From: the human T2T-CHM13v2.0 reference genome, Homo sapiens
Direction: 5' to 3' (one strand)
Assembly: GCF_009914755.1 (NCBI RefSeq)
Contig: NC_060931.1
DNA length: 64,000 nucleotides
Position numbers and translations under genes: made by a program
The notes under the pieces: generated by a model
What the model was told of the DNA's origin: nothing
The model's input: only the letters and a program-made list of their open reading frames with translations
Databases searched by the model: none
In this document: in pieces, positions 29,762 to 53,186 of the stretch
Position numbering within the stretch: the first letter of the stretch is position 1
Layout: every line of letters starts with the position of its first letter

Positions 29762-30699
29762 CTGAAATTTAATCTCTCCTTGACTGCAGGAGGCTATGAT
29801 GTTTAGTAATCATACAAGTGGATATACTCTTTATTTCATTTTACAGAATAGTAAGAGAGAAAAAAAATGACCGATTTTTTTTCTGTGATAAAACAATGTG
29901 TACCAATCACAAACTGCCTAATTCATATTCCAAACCAAAGTAGACCCCAGGCAACGCTGTGAAGTCAGCCAAATCCATCCACTGTGTCCTCCCACCTCCC
30001 TTTTCAAAGTCTTTTTTCCTCCTGGCACCAAGTGCCCTCCTGCTCTGTCCAAGTGCTCCACAAAATTCAAAGCTCTATTTTAAGAAGAAATTTGGCCCTT
30101 CCCAAAGGCACCCCTAAGGCCACCTCCATGCATAATTGGATGGCACTCCATATGGACACAAATACAGAGAGCTCCTGGATTTTCACAATGAGGTGCCACC
30201 TGCATCTATGCAACCTAAAACACATGGATCTCTTCTTAATCACTAAAATAGGATATTGGGAACCAATTTGGAAATTCAGCCTCAAACCGAGCAAGCTAAA
30301 CATTTGGTTGAACCATCTGATATACAAAGAAAGCTTCCCAGGGCCATGTTAATATTTTTAGGCTTCCCAAACTCTATGTCTGTGTTAAGATAAGTCAATT
30401 TAAAAGGCAAAATAGTATTTTCTAAACCTACCTCCATATAGAAATGAGTATATTTTGTTAAATTTTATTGTACAGAAAACGTAAAATGAGAAACTCCACA
30501 TGAAATTGTTTCCACATCATTTCAGAATCTTCATCTACTAAGAAATTGTCCTTAGTTTAATTATTTGTGCCATAAGTCTCTCCCAGAATTTAGTGCTAGG
30601 GAAAGTCTGTCCATCCAGATCACCCTCCATAATCAGACAGGACTAAACAACAATAATAATCTTTCCTTTTTTTGCCCGGTATGCTATGGAACTCAGAGT

Positions 30700-33190
30700 T
30701 AAATTTAAAATCTCCAGCTATGATCTTGGCTTTGGCTATTTCTCTCTTAGGTCTTTCAAACGCTTTGCCTTATTAATTCTGAGACTGTTAAACAGTACAT
30801 ATATATGTTATTTAGGATCACTTTTTACTGAAACATGCCTTTTATACTCACGAAATGTTCCTCTTTATCTTTGTAATAACCTTTGTCTTGACATTTTGTT
30901 TTGTATTAATATAGCCAAATAAAGTTTTTATACATATTGTTTGCAGAGTATATATTTTCACTTTCAATCTATTTGCTTTTTTTCTAATTAAAATGCACTT
31001 CTTGTGACAAGATACACATGGACCTTGGTTTTTATATCCAGTTTGAAAATATATGCCTTTTAATTGAAGTGTTTATACTTAGTGTAATTATCGATATGGT
31101 TGGGTTTAAGTTCAATGCTTTTTATTTGTTCCCTCTGTGCATAAAGGGTTGGGGGCAAGTGGTAATCTTACAAATTTTGTGAAGTGTAGGATGGGGAGTT
31201 TCAAGTTGTAAAGTAAGAAGTTCGAAGTGTGAAGAAGGATGTGTACAGGGTCAGGTGTGAAGTGATACAATAAACAGGCATCTTAAGCCCCACATTTTAA
31301 TGTTGTTTTTCTTTCTTTCTTTTAGGAAATTACAAGGATTAAAAACTCACTATACTTAATATTCACCCATTTTTATACCATTTCCAGTGCTCTTCTTTAT
31401 ACCTTTTTTTACTTCATATAGATCTAGAATTTCACCTACTATTATCTCCCTTTATCTAAAAGAATGTTGTCTAGAATCCCCTGTTGTACAAATCTAATGA
31501 CAAAGGATTATTTCAGCTTTCACTTATTCAAAAATATCTGTAATTTTTATTTTGAGGATATTAGTATATTTATGATGCATATAGTGTTCTGGGCTTACAG
31601 TTTTATTTTTCTTTAGCAATTTAATAGTGTCACCAAGTGTCCTGGCTTCCATTGTTTCTGATACGAAATAAGCACTTTTATTTACGTGTAAGTTATCTTT
31701 CTTCCTCTGGCTGCTTTAAATATTTTATCTTTAGCTTTGATTTCTCATTGGCTATAGTGTGCCTAGTTATGAATTTCTTTGTGACAAAACACTGCATAAC
31801 ATTTGCTGAGCTTCTTGAATTTGCAAATTAATGTTTTTCAACAATTTGAGACATTTTTAACCATTAGTTTTTCAAATATCTGTATATCCAACTTTAATTC
31901 TCTGTTTCTGAAAGTCCTATTCTTCATATTTTGGACCATTTCATATTTTCCCACAGATCCCTGAAGTCTTTCTTCAAACTCTGTCGCATTTGATCTGTAC
32001 ATTGAGTAATTCCTATTGACCTGTCAAGTACACTGATTCTTTCTTCTGCCATCCTCATGTGCTTTTAAGATCATCCAATGAACCCTTCATTCCAGCTTTT
32101 GCACTTTGCAGGTCTAGAATTTCGGTTTGGTTTTTTTATTACAGTTTATTTTTCTCCTAAGATTCTCTATATATGCTAAACTCAGACCATGCTTTTTTTT
32201 GTGCTTTGAACATATATTGCTTTAGTTCTTTGTACCTATGTATAATATCTTTAAAGTCTTTGTTAAATTCAGCATCTGGGCCATCTCAGGACTGGTTTCT
32301 ATTGAATGCTTTTTTCTTGATGATGGCTCCTGCTTTCCTGTTTATTTTCATATACATATTATTAATGATACAATGTAGAGAATCTGGTTTCGGTTTTTTT
32401 TTTCTGAAGAGTTTTGATTACTTTTTGGCAGGCAGTTCAACTACTGGCTGATGAGCTTAAACTTGTGTGAGCTCTGCTTTATAAAATCTTTGCTAGGATG
32501 GATCTCTAGAATGCCCAGTGAATTTCCTAGGTCCCTCTAACGTGGCAAGATTCAGCATCCAAGCTCAGTCATCCTTGAGGATCTCTATCAAGTACTGGTA
32601 ATTCTAGAGGAGGTCTTACTCTTGGTCATGTCCTTATTGCCAAAGCATGACCCTTCTGGCCTTCTGGTATCTCAGCTAGATGCCCAGAGGTGTTTTCAAG
32701 GTACTAACCTAATCTTTTCACTTTGGCAAGACCAGACCTTCAGTGTCCTCCATTCCTACTCACCTTCTAGTATCTCTATTTTGTTCTCAACCCTGTAGCA
32801 GCCATTGTCTGGAAAGCACCGTGTGGTCTCTTCCTACATGTGTGCAGCTGAGCCCTGAATCAAGAACTCATGAGCAATATCCATCCACAAAGACTTCTGC
32901 AGTCCTCCTGCTGAGCGGCTCCCTCCTGGTGCCTAGCTCCACAGATTCCTGCCAATTCACCTGTCTCGAATTGTGATCTCTACCTCTTCATCTCAGCAGG
33001 ACCACTGTGCTTTTTCTGGACTCCTGCTCACTGCTCTGCAGTTAGGAAACTGTCTCAGGCAGAAAACAGGGGTGATCATGAAGCTCACCTTTCCTGTTAC
33101 ACTGCCTGTTGTCCAGTAAGTAAAAACCCAATCTATTTGGTCCAGTTTTAAGATTGATTATGGTGGGTTATCTAGTCAGGTACCAGTTGG
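30700..33190 (-). mobile_element. Very old fragmented LINE-1 (L1M/ME-type), antisense
   Basis: T-rich decayed antisense L1 motifs (TTTGCTGAGCTTCTTGAATTTG, CCATTAGTTTTTCAAATAT, TCTAGAATTTCGGTTTGGTT); boundaries approximate. Confidence 0.55.
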
Positions 33191-34068
33191 CTAAAAAGGA
33201 AGTGCCTCAGGGTTAAATTTAGTACTCAATTAAAGTAATTAACTGAAGAATTAAGGTGTACCTCTAGCTCTTTTTCTATTTATTTTTTATTCTTTCGAAA
33301 AGAATAAATGAATGAAAAGAAACCACTTTTCATTCTTTAAGAACTATCTTTTGTAATTATTTTTATATTGTAAGTAGTTGTTCATAAGTGGGGAGCCACA
33401 GATCACAAATAAATACTAGCAACCAAATTTATATTTTACTACTTATCATACTGTTTTCAGTAATATAAACACTAAAGTAACATGTAGATCACAAAATCTT
33501 TAACTACCAAGAATGTATTTCCCAAGCAAGAGACTACATTTGCCGTATTAATAGGACAGTCATGGATTTTTAGGTCTCTAGTTTCAGAGGAAGCATGACC
33601 ACTTTGCCTCAGTGACTTAGTTGTTTACTGGCATACTGCAGACCATGGAGGGCAGGAGTGGAAAGGCAGCAGTGAACCAGCTAGTCCATTAAATGCTGAC
33701 AACAGCAAAGGGTCACAGACAACTCTTGTGGGAAATATTTTTATTTTAGGCCTCAGGTATAAAGTATGAAGAGAATACGATGAGAGAGAGAAGGAGAATG
33801 GAAGAGCAAAACAACATTTTGGCAACCACTATTTCACTAACATGGTATCAGTTCCTCTTTGGAAGAGAGGGCAATCCTTGCTTTGCTCATTGGTGTATTT
33901 CAAGATTTCTTTATTTCTGGAGACCTACCAGAGATTTTAAATAGTAGAGTCTATATTAGAAATATTACATTCATTTTACTATTACGCAAAGTAAACCAAT
34001 GAGATATAATGCTAATTATTCACATGATCACTTATTACTTACATTCTATCTACAGTATATGAATATAT

Positions 34069-37574
<3,506 letters not shown>

Positions 37575-37863
37575 TAAATATAGGTTGGCACTATACTTAA
37601 CAGATATTTAATGTGTTACACCAGAAAGATGCTAAATATCAATTGTAATCTAAGCAAACTTAAAATGCTGTTTTAAAACTACCAGGTGGATATAAACCTA
37701 CGACTTACTTCTTAAATGACCACGGCAAAAGAAAATATACATAAGACTTAGGGATTTTTTTCAGGCATAGTCTGGAAATGTCAAAGATTGCAACCAGTTA
37801 AAACTCAAAACCCTGAATCTGTCTTTCATAATTGATGAATGGAAATCACCTTGGGACCTGCTA

Positions 37864-37952
37864 AATGACATTTCCTTGGAGAAAGATGATTCTGAAATGA
37901 TTCAAGAGAATGAAATTTCCTTGCAGTAAGATGATTCTGAAGAGATTCAAGA
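37864..37952. repeat. Diverged 45-bp tandem duplication
   Basis: AATGACATTTCCTTGGAGAAAGATGATTCTGAAATGATTCAAGAG / AATGAAATTTCCTTGCAGTAAGATGATTCTGAAGAGATTCAAGAG. Confidence 0.85.
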
Positions 37953-38949
37953 GGCTTAGGGCATAATTCATATTTTAAGCACATGTGAGAGACAACCCCC
38001 AAGAGTCAATGCAACATCACAGAAAAGCCACTTCCCTGCAAGCATTCTTGAGGAAGCATTCTAAAGACAACATAAAAACAGGAATTCCCAAGTAACCACT
38101 ATGTTCTTGTTGCAGGGTGGAAATTTCTTTGTTTGATTATGTACTCCTAAGGGGCTATGAATTCTAGTTTCTGTCTTTCACTTTCTCTAACAATTGGTCA
38201 TTACTGATACTTTTTTTAGGAATAACTTGTACGGAAAGATGAAAAGAAAGGCATTTTATTAAGGAATTCAATTAAGATGAAACGTTAGAATGTATCTTTT
38301 TTACCCCTGCAAATACATTAGCTTCATCCTCTAAATACAGATGTCTGTGAAAGGCCATACACAAGGGGAGGCTCACACAAGATAAAGATATGGAGGAGTA
38401 ATTTGGGGGTTTATCATATTGTTGAAAGCTCTGAACACACACACAAATAAAATTACTATTTTCCTCAATCACAGTTACCTCCTGTCCTTCCAAAAGTATT
38501 TATTGGTCTATGCACTTTTGTTCATGCTTAAATATATAAAGCACAAAATACTATCAAATATGTTATTACTATCATTAAGCTTTTATTGCTCTTGTTTCTT
38601 CTATTGACATTAGTAATACTTTATATTATAATTACACTAAGCATTAATAGGGTAAAGCCTGATGCATGGTTGATTTTATTTGCACTGTGTGAACATGTGA
38701 CTTACTAATCTCCGTCTAAAAAGTTTGATAATGAGAGCTCTTTTCAGAAATATACTATGTGATGCTTAATGCTAACTTAAAAATCCTCATTCAAAATATA
38801 AAAAAATTATCAGAACACATGATAAAATGTCTGCTCTTTTTTTAAAAAAAAAGAATGAAAAACTCTTGGTTAAAAAGCACTACTTTAGGCTTAAATTTTT
38901 TTTTTTCAAGTCAGTTACTTTCACTTATTGCTTTCTCGATAGAGAAAAT

Positions 38950-40210
<1,261 letters not shown>

Positions 40211-42745
40211 TGGTCCCTCTTTTTAAAACACCACTCTCTTACCTGATCCCTCAATTTCACACCCACAATTAAGCATCCTTTATGACTCAGCTGAGAAGAA
40301 ACTCTGCCCCTCTTCTATCCTCCTAATGTAGGATTTGTTCTTACCCTGACATTTGTACAGCCACTTTACCCTCAAGCTACCACTGTGACTTAGTCAACAT
40401 TGTATCTTTGATGTCTACTTTGATAAATACTTACCAAATTGTGGGATATTTATCAATTATTGGTGTTTATCTCCTTCTCCCAACTTCTAGGTATACATAT
40501 CTCAGAACTGTTCCTGAGAAGTGGCTCATCCAGTAATGTGATGGAGGGGTCACTGCCTGCTCTAGAAACAAGAGTAGGTGTTCACTAGAGACCTCACCTG
40601 GGGCGCTGACTAGAGGTGTGTGAATGGGGCTCCAGCAATGCAGGCTCTGGCACACTGATGGGAATGAATGCATGACAAAAATTCCTTCTTCAAAAAAGTT
40701 AGCTCCAACAGATATATCAAAAATTACACAATCATTTGTACCCAGGATGGGGGGCAGGATATCAAAACACTAGAATTCAGTAAAGAAATAATGTCTAATT
40801 TATTTCCTTGTCTTCAAGTAGATTCCCAAAGTCCTTTTAAAAATATCTGTCTAAATGTTTGCTTCCAACAGAATATATGCTTCTGACTGCAGACCTAACC
40901 CAGATTGATTTTCCATTAGTTACCCATTTCCTGACAAGCAGGCAGATAATCAGAGTTTGGTTCTACTCTTGGTCAATCTTCAAACACTAGACTTGGAGTG
41001 AAGTCATAACTCAGGCTTTTACTAACAAAGTGAACCTCAGGCTGAGACCCTAATGCTTATCAATGCAAAGGAAAACAGACATGTCTAAGCTGTTTTGAAT
41101 TTCAAGCTATGTGTAAACTATTGTTAACTACATCCTCTTCAGACATGAAAAGGAGTATAACTTTATGGTTAAGAGGCTGAGCTCTGCAGTTAGAGAGGTC
41201 CAGATCCTAATCTCAGTTAATTACCTGTATGATTTTGGGTAGGTAACTCAAACTCTCCTAGCTTTAATTTTTACACAGATTATATCTCTTTCAAAGTATT
41301 TTTTAATAGAATAATTGAGCTAATACACACAAAGTGCTTAGCACAATACCTGAAACAAGTGTTAGCAACCTTAATCATATTGCTACTGTTCCCTCCTCTT
41401 ATGTTTTACAAGTCAGGCAGAGATAACTGGAGTTATCAAGGGTAGAAAGAACATCTCTGTTTTTAATGTTCTGATGTTTGAATGAAGTGCTATTGGATTG
41501 CCTACCACAGTGAGGGAACCAAACCACACTTTCATATTCCACTGGAGGGAATATTCAGTCTTCCTAATGCCAAAACATTTGTTTCACATTTATTCAGAGG
41601 AGAGAATGACCTGCCAAAACACCAACAACTAGGCTTCCTGCAACATGTGAATAGATCTGACAGGTGTCTCCATTCCAAACACTGACCAGGCCAGTGGTAG
41701 CTAGAACAGATGGCCCAGTCTGCAACATACGCATTTTCATCATTTTGCAGTTTCTCACAGGTGCTGGGAGTGGGTGGGATAACTCAGTGTTTTCTAATGT
41801 TTGGATAACCTTGACTGCTGTCTTTCCCACAGGCCAGTTTTCTTTAGGACATATTTTAATTTTTTAATATGTGACAACTAAAGCACTGGTAGGAAAAATA
41901 AAAACATTTTTCTAAAAACTGAGCTTGCACATGTATAATCATGCAGCTGGCTTCTTCCCAGCCATCATTAATTTTTTTTTCCCTTGGGCCATTTTTCTCA
42001 CCTACATATCATTGCAATGTTTATCAAAATATCACAAAAACTGCTTGTAAGCATTTTCCACAAGCTAGGCTTAATGTGTGTTTAAATAAGACATTCCCCC
42101 TTTTCTGAAATGAAAAACTACAAAAATACCATCATTCTGCCCAACAGTAGCCAAGGCTGAGCCCACTTGTTCTTCATCTCTGTTACTTCCAGACTAAAAC
42201 AGATGGCTGATTTAAGAAGCAGGTGATGTTAACATCGACCATCACAAGCAGAAAGACAGCAAAGCATGCCTAAGTAAAAAAGCTTACACATTCTTGGTGT
42301 AATTTATTAGTAGCTTTCATTTAGAACTTGAAAAAAGGTTTAAAACATAGAATAGAATTTTATAAATGCAAAAACTTCACATCTTTTTAAAGCTATTTTT
42401 GCTATTATTTTATTTTTAGCTCATCTGTGATGCAGATCATGAGTCATTACCATTATAAAGCTGCTATTTCAAATGTGAGAAAACTAAGGTGCCAATAATT
42501 ATAGGTTATATATATTCAATGTCCAGTTCATTTGTCTAAATTCAGTGGAAGAGTCCCTCCTTTGTCATCATCATCATTATCGCTGTGTATAGTGATTAAG
42601 AGCACGAGCTCTGACAAGGGGGACCAAGGTTCAAATTTCTGCTCCTTTTCTTCTTAGCTGTATGGCCTGGAACAAGATGCTTAACTTCTCTGAGTTTCAA
42701 TTTCCTCATCCAGAGGCCTAATAAGCACTTAATAATGTATTTCTT

Positions 42746-43047
<302 letters not shown>

Positions 43048-43496
43048 TATTTCTTACCATTTATCAGTTACTATTAATGTAATATTAAAGCATGCCAAGG
43101 ACTCTTTCATCTTAAGCAAACAAACCAACTCTCTCCACCCTCATCTTACTGTAGCTACTGCTCTCTTTTTTCTTTCTTTCAATTCCCTACCACCTATTAA
43201 GTGCTCTATCCATTGTAATGTGGCTTCTGCTTCTACAAAAACTGGCCTTAACAAGGCCACTGAGCACCACTTCTCATTGCTAAATGTAATGAACACTTTC
43301 CACTCCTCATCTTTCTTTATCTCATTAGAGCATTTGACCCTGTTGGTCACGTTATCCTAATTATAAAACTCTTCCTTTGATTTTGGTGATAACCCTCTCC
43401 TGATTTCCTTTCCTACCTTACTATGCCTGGCACTTCTGATTTCCTACAAACTCCTCTTCCTCCACATTCTTAACTGTTGGCATCATCATCAGAGAC

Positions 43497-43535
43497 AGAA
43501 AGAGCTTTAGGTTCAACAAACCTAAAGCTCTTTCT
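43497..43535. repeat. Perfect inverted repeat, 17-bp arms with 5-nt spacer
   Basis: AGAAAGAGCTTTAGGTT-CAACA-AACCTAAAGCTCTTTCT. Confidence 0.95.
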
Positions 43536-43719
43536 TTATTTCTGCACCCCTTCTTGCTGCCCCTTTATGTCATTGACCTACTTCCAGTTCCCTGAATGCA
43601 TCATGTTGTATCCTGTTTGTCAGCCTTCCAAATGACACTTCTTTTTGTTATGTTCTTTTTCCTCCCTTCACTTGTCCTCTGTATTTGTCCTTCAAAACTC
43701 AGCTCAAGCATCACCTTAT

Positions 43720-43929
43720 GCTCCAGCCATTCCAGCAGAGACACCAGATTTGCAAGTGAAAAAGTAACGTCATCTCGGATGTTCCACCCTCAGCAGATGC
43801 CTCATGGAACACAGACAAGCTAACTCAAGAAGCCCTGCCCAAAGTAAAACATCACGAATGAATAAATGTTACTGTTTTAAGCAACAAGGTTTTGGGTGGT
43901 TTACTAGGCAGCAATGGATATACAAAACA
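43720..43929 (+). mobile_element. Old MLT1 LTR 3' fragment
   Basis: GCCCTGCCCAAA...AATAAATGTTACTGTTTTAAGC...TTTTGGGTGGTTT...GCAGCAAT...AACA. Confidence 0.6.
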
Positions 43930-44560
43930 CCCCCAAGCCCACTGGATTTTAAGCTCCTAAAAGGCAGAATCATGTTTCATTGAATATTGTATTAAAACCA
44001 ATGCATCCCCTGGTTCATGAAGTGCCAATGAATGAATGAATCAATCAATCAGTCAAACAACCAACGAATCAACTAACCAATGAATGAGCGAGTCCATCAA
44101 CCAAAGCTCCCTAAATGTATTCTTTCTACCTTATTTTAATTAAATGATTCTCTGAACCAAAGCACAGGGAAGCCAACAAAATGAAAGAAAAGGAGAAATA
44201 ATGAAAATAACTAATGCTATGTTAAACTGCTGTTTCTGGAGCAACTTTCCAATCTAAATCTCTAGCTCTGATCTCTATCATAACTACAGTCTCACTTCTG
44301 TTTCCTATACATATTTGCTCTTGAGTGTGTCCCTGCTCTTTAACCTCAAAATTCAACTGCTACAAACCCTAAAACCAGGGCCTATTTGATCATTCTGGCT
44401 ATATTACTATGACTCTTCATTCTCTAAATCTCAGTTATCTTTGAATGGGATAATTATTTATCTCCCTATCAATATATCCAGGCTTTAGTTCTCATCAATT
44501 TGGGTCCGTAAATTTTTTTTTATTTTTTGTATTTATCCTGTCCTTTAAAAATCCTCCTGC

Positions 44561-47801
<3,241 letters not shown>

Positions 47802-50800
47802 AAATCCTCCTGCTCCATCATAGTTCACACTCTCATTACCCACTACTCTAATAGCTTTCTAAATGCCTTACAAGTTTTAAATGTCTAACAATTAAAATGT
47901 TGCGTTGAGATACTTACATTTCCAAGTAATGAAGTGTCCAACCTAAAGTGCTTTTATAACTTAAACATTTAATGTCAGGCTAAGTATGCTTTTTAAAAAA
48001 AGAAAAAGAAGAAATGGTGATTATTTTAATCACCATTTTTCTCTTCCAAAAAGAAGTTATATTATTTGTAACGGTGAAAGTAAATAGATCTTAAAAACAA
48101 TTTATGTGAAGTGACTAAATATTAGAGACCATTATTTTATGAGTTGTGTTTATGAACAGTACTATTAGGATAGGTGATAGATGATGACTCCACTGAGGAA
48201 GCAATTTAAACTTGTTTTTGTTATTCTTAAAGCCAAAATGAAATAGGCAAAAGGAAAGGGAAAAAAACCTACATTGGGACCCCATCTCTTTGGTATACAT
48301 GAGTTTAACCTTTGTTAATAGGATAGAGAACTCATTATTCATATCAAAAGGAAATGGACAAACATTTTATGCCTGATAAGATTTTTTTCTTTATGCATCA
48401 AATTCTTTAAAGGATATCCAACTGAAAGATATTCTTCATCGTGGGAAGTTTGGAGAAGGGATTTATCCATATGTTAAAATCTATCAAAGCTATTTTGTGA
48501 TTCTGTACTAACAAAAGGTAACCCCAATTAGCCTTTTTCAATCAAGGGATTATCTTTCATGTCCAAATTAATGCACATCTTGATTTTAAGCAATGGTGAA
48601 TTATTTGCTTTGTGTGAACATGAAAGTCATCTTGATATTCAGAACAGAAAAAAAGTAATTCTAATTAAGTAAATCCCATAATGTTATAATCTTATCTAAA
48701 AAACAGCTGTGAGATAAGGATACCTGTTGGTGAACTAACAATTGTGATAACAATTAAGGTCACCTAAATTTATCAATCCCTAATGAAATGTCATATTTTC
48801 CAGCCAATGTAAGAATGTATCTCATGGCCAATAATAATTCTATACTCACAATGTATTTGTCTTCATAATAGGTCCTACAGAGTATATACTTTTAGGCAGC
48901 CACCACCCTTGAACTCACTTGCTAGCAACCTAGTGAAGATAGAAAGTGGACAGGAGGAAATTAAGAAGAGGAACAGATAAATACATGTAGCAGGATAATA
49001 TACAAATAAAACTATGAAAAAGATAACATAAAAACCAGCACAAAGTGATTTTCTGTCTCATGCAGATGTATATATCCAGATTACTACTGAGAGGTCTTTA
49101 TTAATTAACAGAATAGTTACTCCAAAGCCTCTGCTTGTTCTCATCCTTGGACAATTCTGGCAATTTAATTGCCAAGGAAGAAGCATGTCTGCCTTAACAC
49201 AAGGTGGCTGCTAAAGAGCTGAAATAGAGTTTGGGGGAATTTAGAAACTACTTCCTCTTCAGCTTCACTATTTGACACCCCAGACAGCCTCATGATTTAC
49301 ACCAATCTTGGTGTTGGCTGATTAACAGTGACACGGAAGTGAGGATTAGTTATCTACCTTATGATGGGTCTCAGGAGGGTCTCGGTTCATAGGCCCTAGC
49401 CATTGCACGTCAAAGGATGCAGAATGGAGGTGTCTGCTCCTGGTACAACACACAAGACCAAACCAAAAGATGAGTTGCAGAAGAGAGGGAAGTTTGCATG
49501 GATGGAAGGATACTAACTCAAATATTGGCAACTGAAAGGGAAATTACATAAGGGACATCCAAAGTGCAAACAGAGGATTGGGTCTCCTGTGCAATAAAAA
49601 TTCAAAAGAAAAATGAGGTGGGGGTGTAACACGATCATGATTTACAGTCCACTCTGGCTATGGCAGATGGGATGAGAGAATTAGGAACTGGATGTTATAT
49701 GAGTAAGAGATTTCTGTGGTCAGACATGAGATCAACACAGTCTAGAAAAGAAGGGGATACAAGAAATGTCAGATGGGGAGGAGGTGCCCTGTCTTTCCCC
49801 TAATTAAAGTGTTTTGGTGTGTACATGGGTGTCTTGGTGGAAAGGAAGATGGGTAGTAGGATTTAATGAAGAAGCACCAGAACTGGGGAAGTTCTTCCAT
49901 TTCCTTCCCTTTGACATTTTCAGAAGAGTTCTAGGAAGAATATGCTCATCTCTCATTACATACAGCCATAAAATGGCAAAATAACTAGGATAGAACTAGC
50001 CCAGGGAGTTCCAGGGAAAACCCTCGGTGACATGGATCAACTGTGCTCCTTTTGTGCTTAGAAGTTAGTGAAGAAACAGTAACTAGACTCAGACTGCCAG
50101 CATTTTCACTACCTTACCCTGCCCTGTAGGGGCTCTCTATTGCTTCCAGATAACCCTGGACATCATGGGAGTTCTAACTCATCCTCCAGTCTGTCTCAAA
50201 AATTTATACAAATGCTCTTTCCCCTAAATAAAATTTCCTGGTCTCCCAAACTGACATCTGGACCTGAGCTCTTTTATACCAGCTCTTTTAAGAAAAAAAA
50301 AATATATATATATATCACCCGAGAACCTGAAATCAAGTAAGTATTTATGAAGTGAAGGTATAGAGAGACCTAGAGAGGAATCACAAGAAACTGCTCTTGC
50401 TCTCCCCACCTTACCAGGCAACTTTATTAGCCTCTTCCCACAGCTGGGGCTTGGACCAAGAACCTGAGATTGGCCACTGAAAGCCACAGGAAATTCCAAA
50501 AGCTGAATCAGAAACTACTTTAGTGTTTATATTTCCTCGATGATAGTACACTTATAAACAACTTTTGGCACCACCTAATCCCATCTGATCATTTAACAAG
50601 GTTTCTAAGGACCATTTATTTAGCATTTTGCTAAAGAGATGGCCTCAAAATCTAGTAAAGAAGACTCCCTGGCAGAGCCACTACTTGCCTGTCCTTGGCC
50701 TTCGTAGAAAGTATAAAGATACCCCCATCTCCATCAAGGAAGCCCCATGATGCCACAGCTTGGTAATCCATGAGTGTATTCTCCTAACAGACACAGGCCT

Positions 50801-52373
50801 GCACCAAAGCAGAAGACTTGGCAAGCACAACATGAGCCAGATTTCAGCCCCACTTGTCAGGAGGCTTAAAGCACAAACTACACAACACTGCGAGGCAGCA
50901 CTCCGTTTCCCAGATCCCAACCACTTGCACTACATCTCCGGATAACTCCTGCTGACCCACACTTATCATCCTGGATTTCTGGTTCTCAGATCCCAGGAGG
51001 GTTCTGACATTCTCACTTGGCCTGCTAATCACTGACCCCAACTCATGACCTCAACATGCAGAGGACTCATGCACTGCAGCTCCTTGTTCTGACCCTTGTC
51101 AACCAGCTCTGTTTCTGACGAGAGAAAATGCAGAGGCCAAAACAGCCAATTATAGAAACTTATCAAGGGTGATTGTGTCAGGAGCAGAGAGACCGTTTAT
51201 ACCATCTTTTAACTATTCTAAACCCTAAGATCCCAGACTGCTTTAGAACATGAAAACAATCTATACTTCATGCAATGTAAGTAAAACACTCTTGCTTTTC
51301 TGATGTCACACCTTTAGGAGGTGATCAGCTTTGCTGGCAGCTCCTGAGCTACACGGGAATGTTCATGGCAAGAAGTTGGCCAATTCTACCCATTGAGAGC
51401 ACTGACAACAGAGGACAGAAGGTCAGCCACCCTTATTTCTCTTTTGGGAATGCTACCAAGAACTTAATGTGTAACTTACGAGTTAAAGTGCATAACTCAC
51501 GGAAAGTGTGAAAAGCCATATACAATTTTATACTTCTGAGAGTCAAGAGGGTTTAGTGAGCCTAGTGTAAGGCTACCAGAGGGAAATCTTTTTACTTTTC
51601 AGTCACCGTTGATACAAACGGGCTTAGATGGAGTCAGAGCCACTCCTTCCCCAGAAGATACTACATCTTCTCCAGCATTATCTTATTCTTTCCACCTGAC
51701 AGATTGAGAAAGGGGGGCAGGGCAGGCAGAGACACTGAAACTACAAAGGGGTTTGACACTGTAAATATTGAGGAAGGTTCTGTCAAACAAGTAAGTTTTC
51801 TACAGTTATCTACAAAGACTCAAACACTCCCTTGTTAGAGGAAAATAAGACACTATAAAAAGCACCAACCCTAAAATCCTAGCATAAAACCAGGCACTAG
51901 AAACATTTTCCCAACCTCCTCCAAGCAGGTAGCACAACACAGAATTTGTGCCAGCTAAAAACGTGACCTTTCCAATTCTGATTTAGTTGGCAGTTTTAGT
52001 GTGGAGTTCTCTGAACTCTGGCCAAATAGTTACCACCAAATGAATTCTTTTTTCAGTTCTGTGACCTTTTTGTTAATGCACCCCTCCTCTCTCACGTTTG
52101 ACTTCACTCCAGCCCTTCCCTGGCACCTCTGGCAAACACTTTTGCAGTCTGCTCATCACTACGTCTCTGGTTTTCTTCTCCTATGTCTTACAGGTCTTCA
52201 CCATTGATACTGCAGTTATACCTATGTCTTGGATCTGCATAGGCACTCTGAACTTTTTTTTTTTTTAAGGTTTTTCTTTCCAGTTAAGCAAGACGGTCAA
52301 TTCTTCTCATTGCAGCTTTGGCCCAATGTGTCCATCAGACTGTAGAAGATTGTCGTTGGGATTCACACTATAA

Positions 52374-52692
52374 CAGGTGTCCCCAACTGCAGGGCCACGG
52401 AGCAGTAGTGGTCCCTGGCCCATTAGGAACCAGGCCACACAGCAGGAGGTAAGGTGAACAGCCTGAGCTCTGCCTCCTGTCAGATCAGCAGCAGCATTAG
52501 ATTCTCACAGAAGCACAAACCCTATTGTGAACTGCGCATGCAAGGGATCTAGGTTATGTACTCCTTATGAGACTCGAACAATAAATGTAATGTGCTTGAA
52601 TCATCCCCAAACCATCCCCACCCCCTACTGTCTGTGGAAAAATCATCTTCCAAGAAACTAATCCCTAGTGCCAAAAAGGTTGGGGACCGCTG
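52374..52692. mobile_element. MER1B-like hAT-Charlie MITE
   Basis: Terminal inverted repeats CAGGTGTCCCCAAC / GTTGGGGACCGCTG; 8-bp TSD CACTATAA / CACTATGA. Confidence 0.9.
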
Positions 52693-52739
52693 CACTATGA
52701 TACTCAATTAAGGGGGACACCAGGGCCTTACAGCATTTA

Positions 52740-53186
<447 letters not shown>

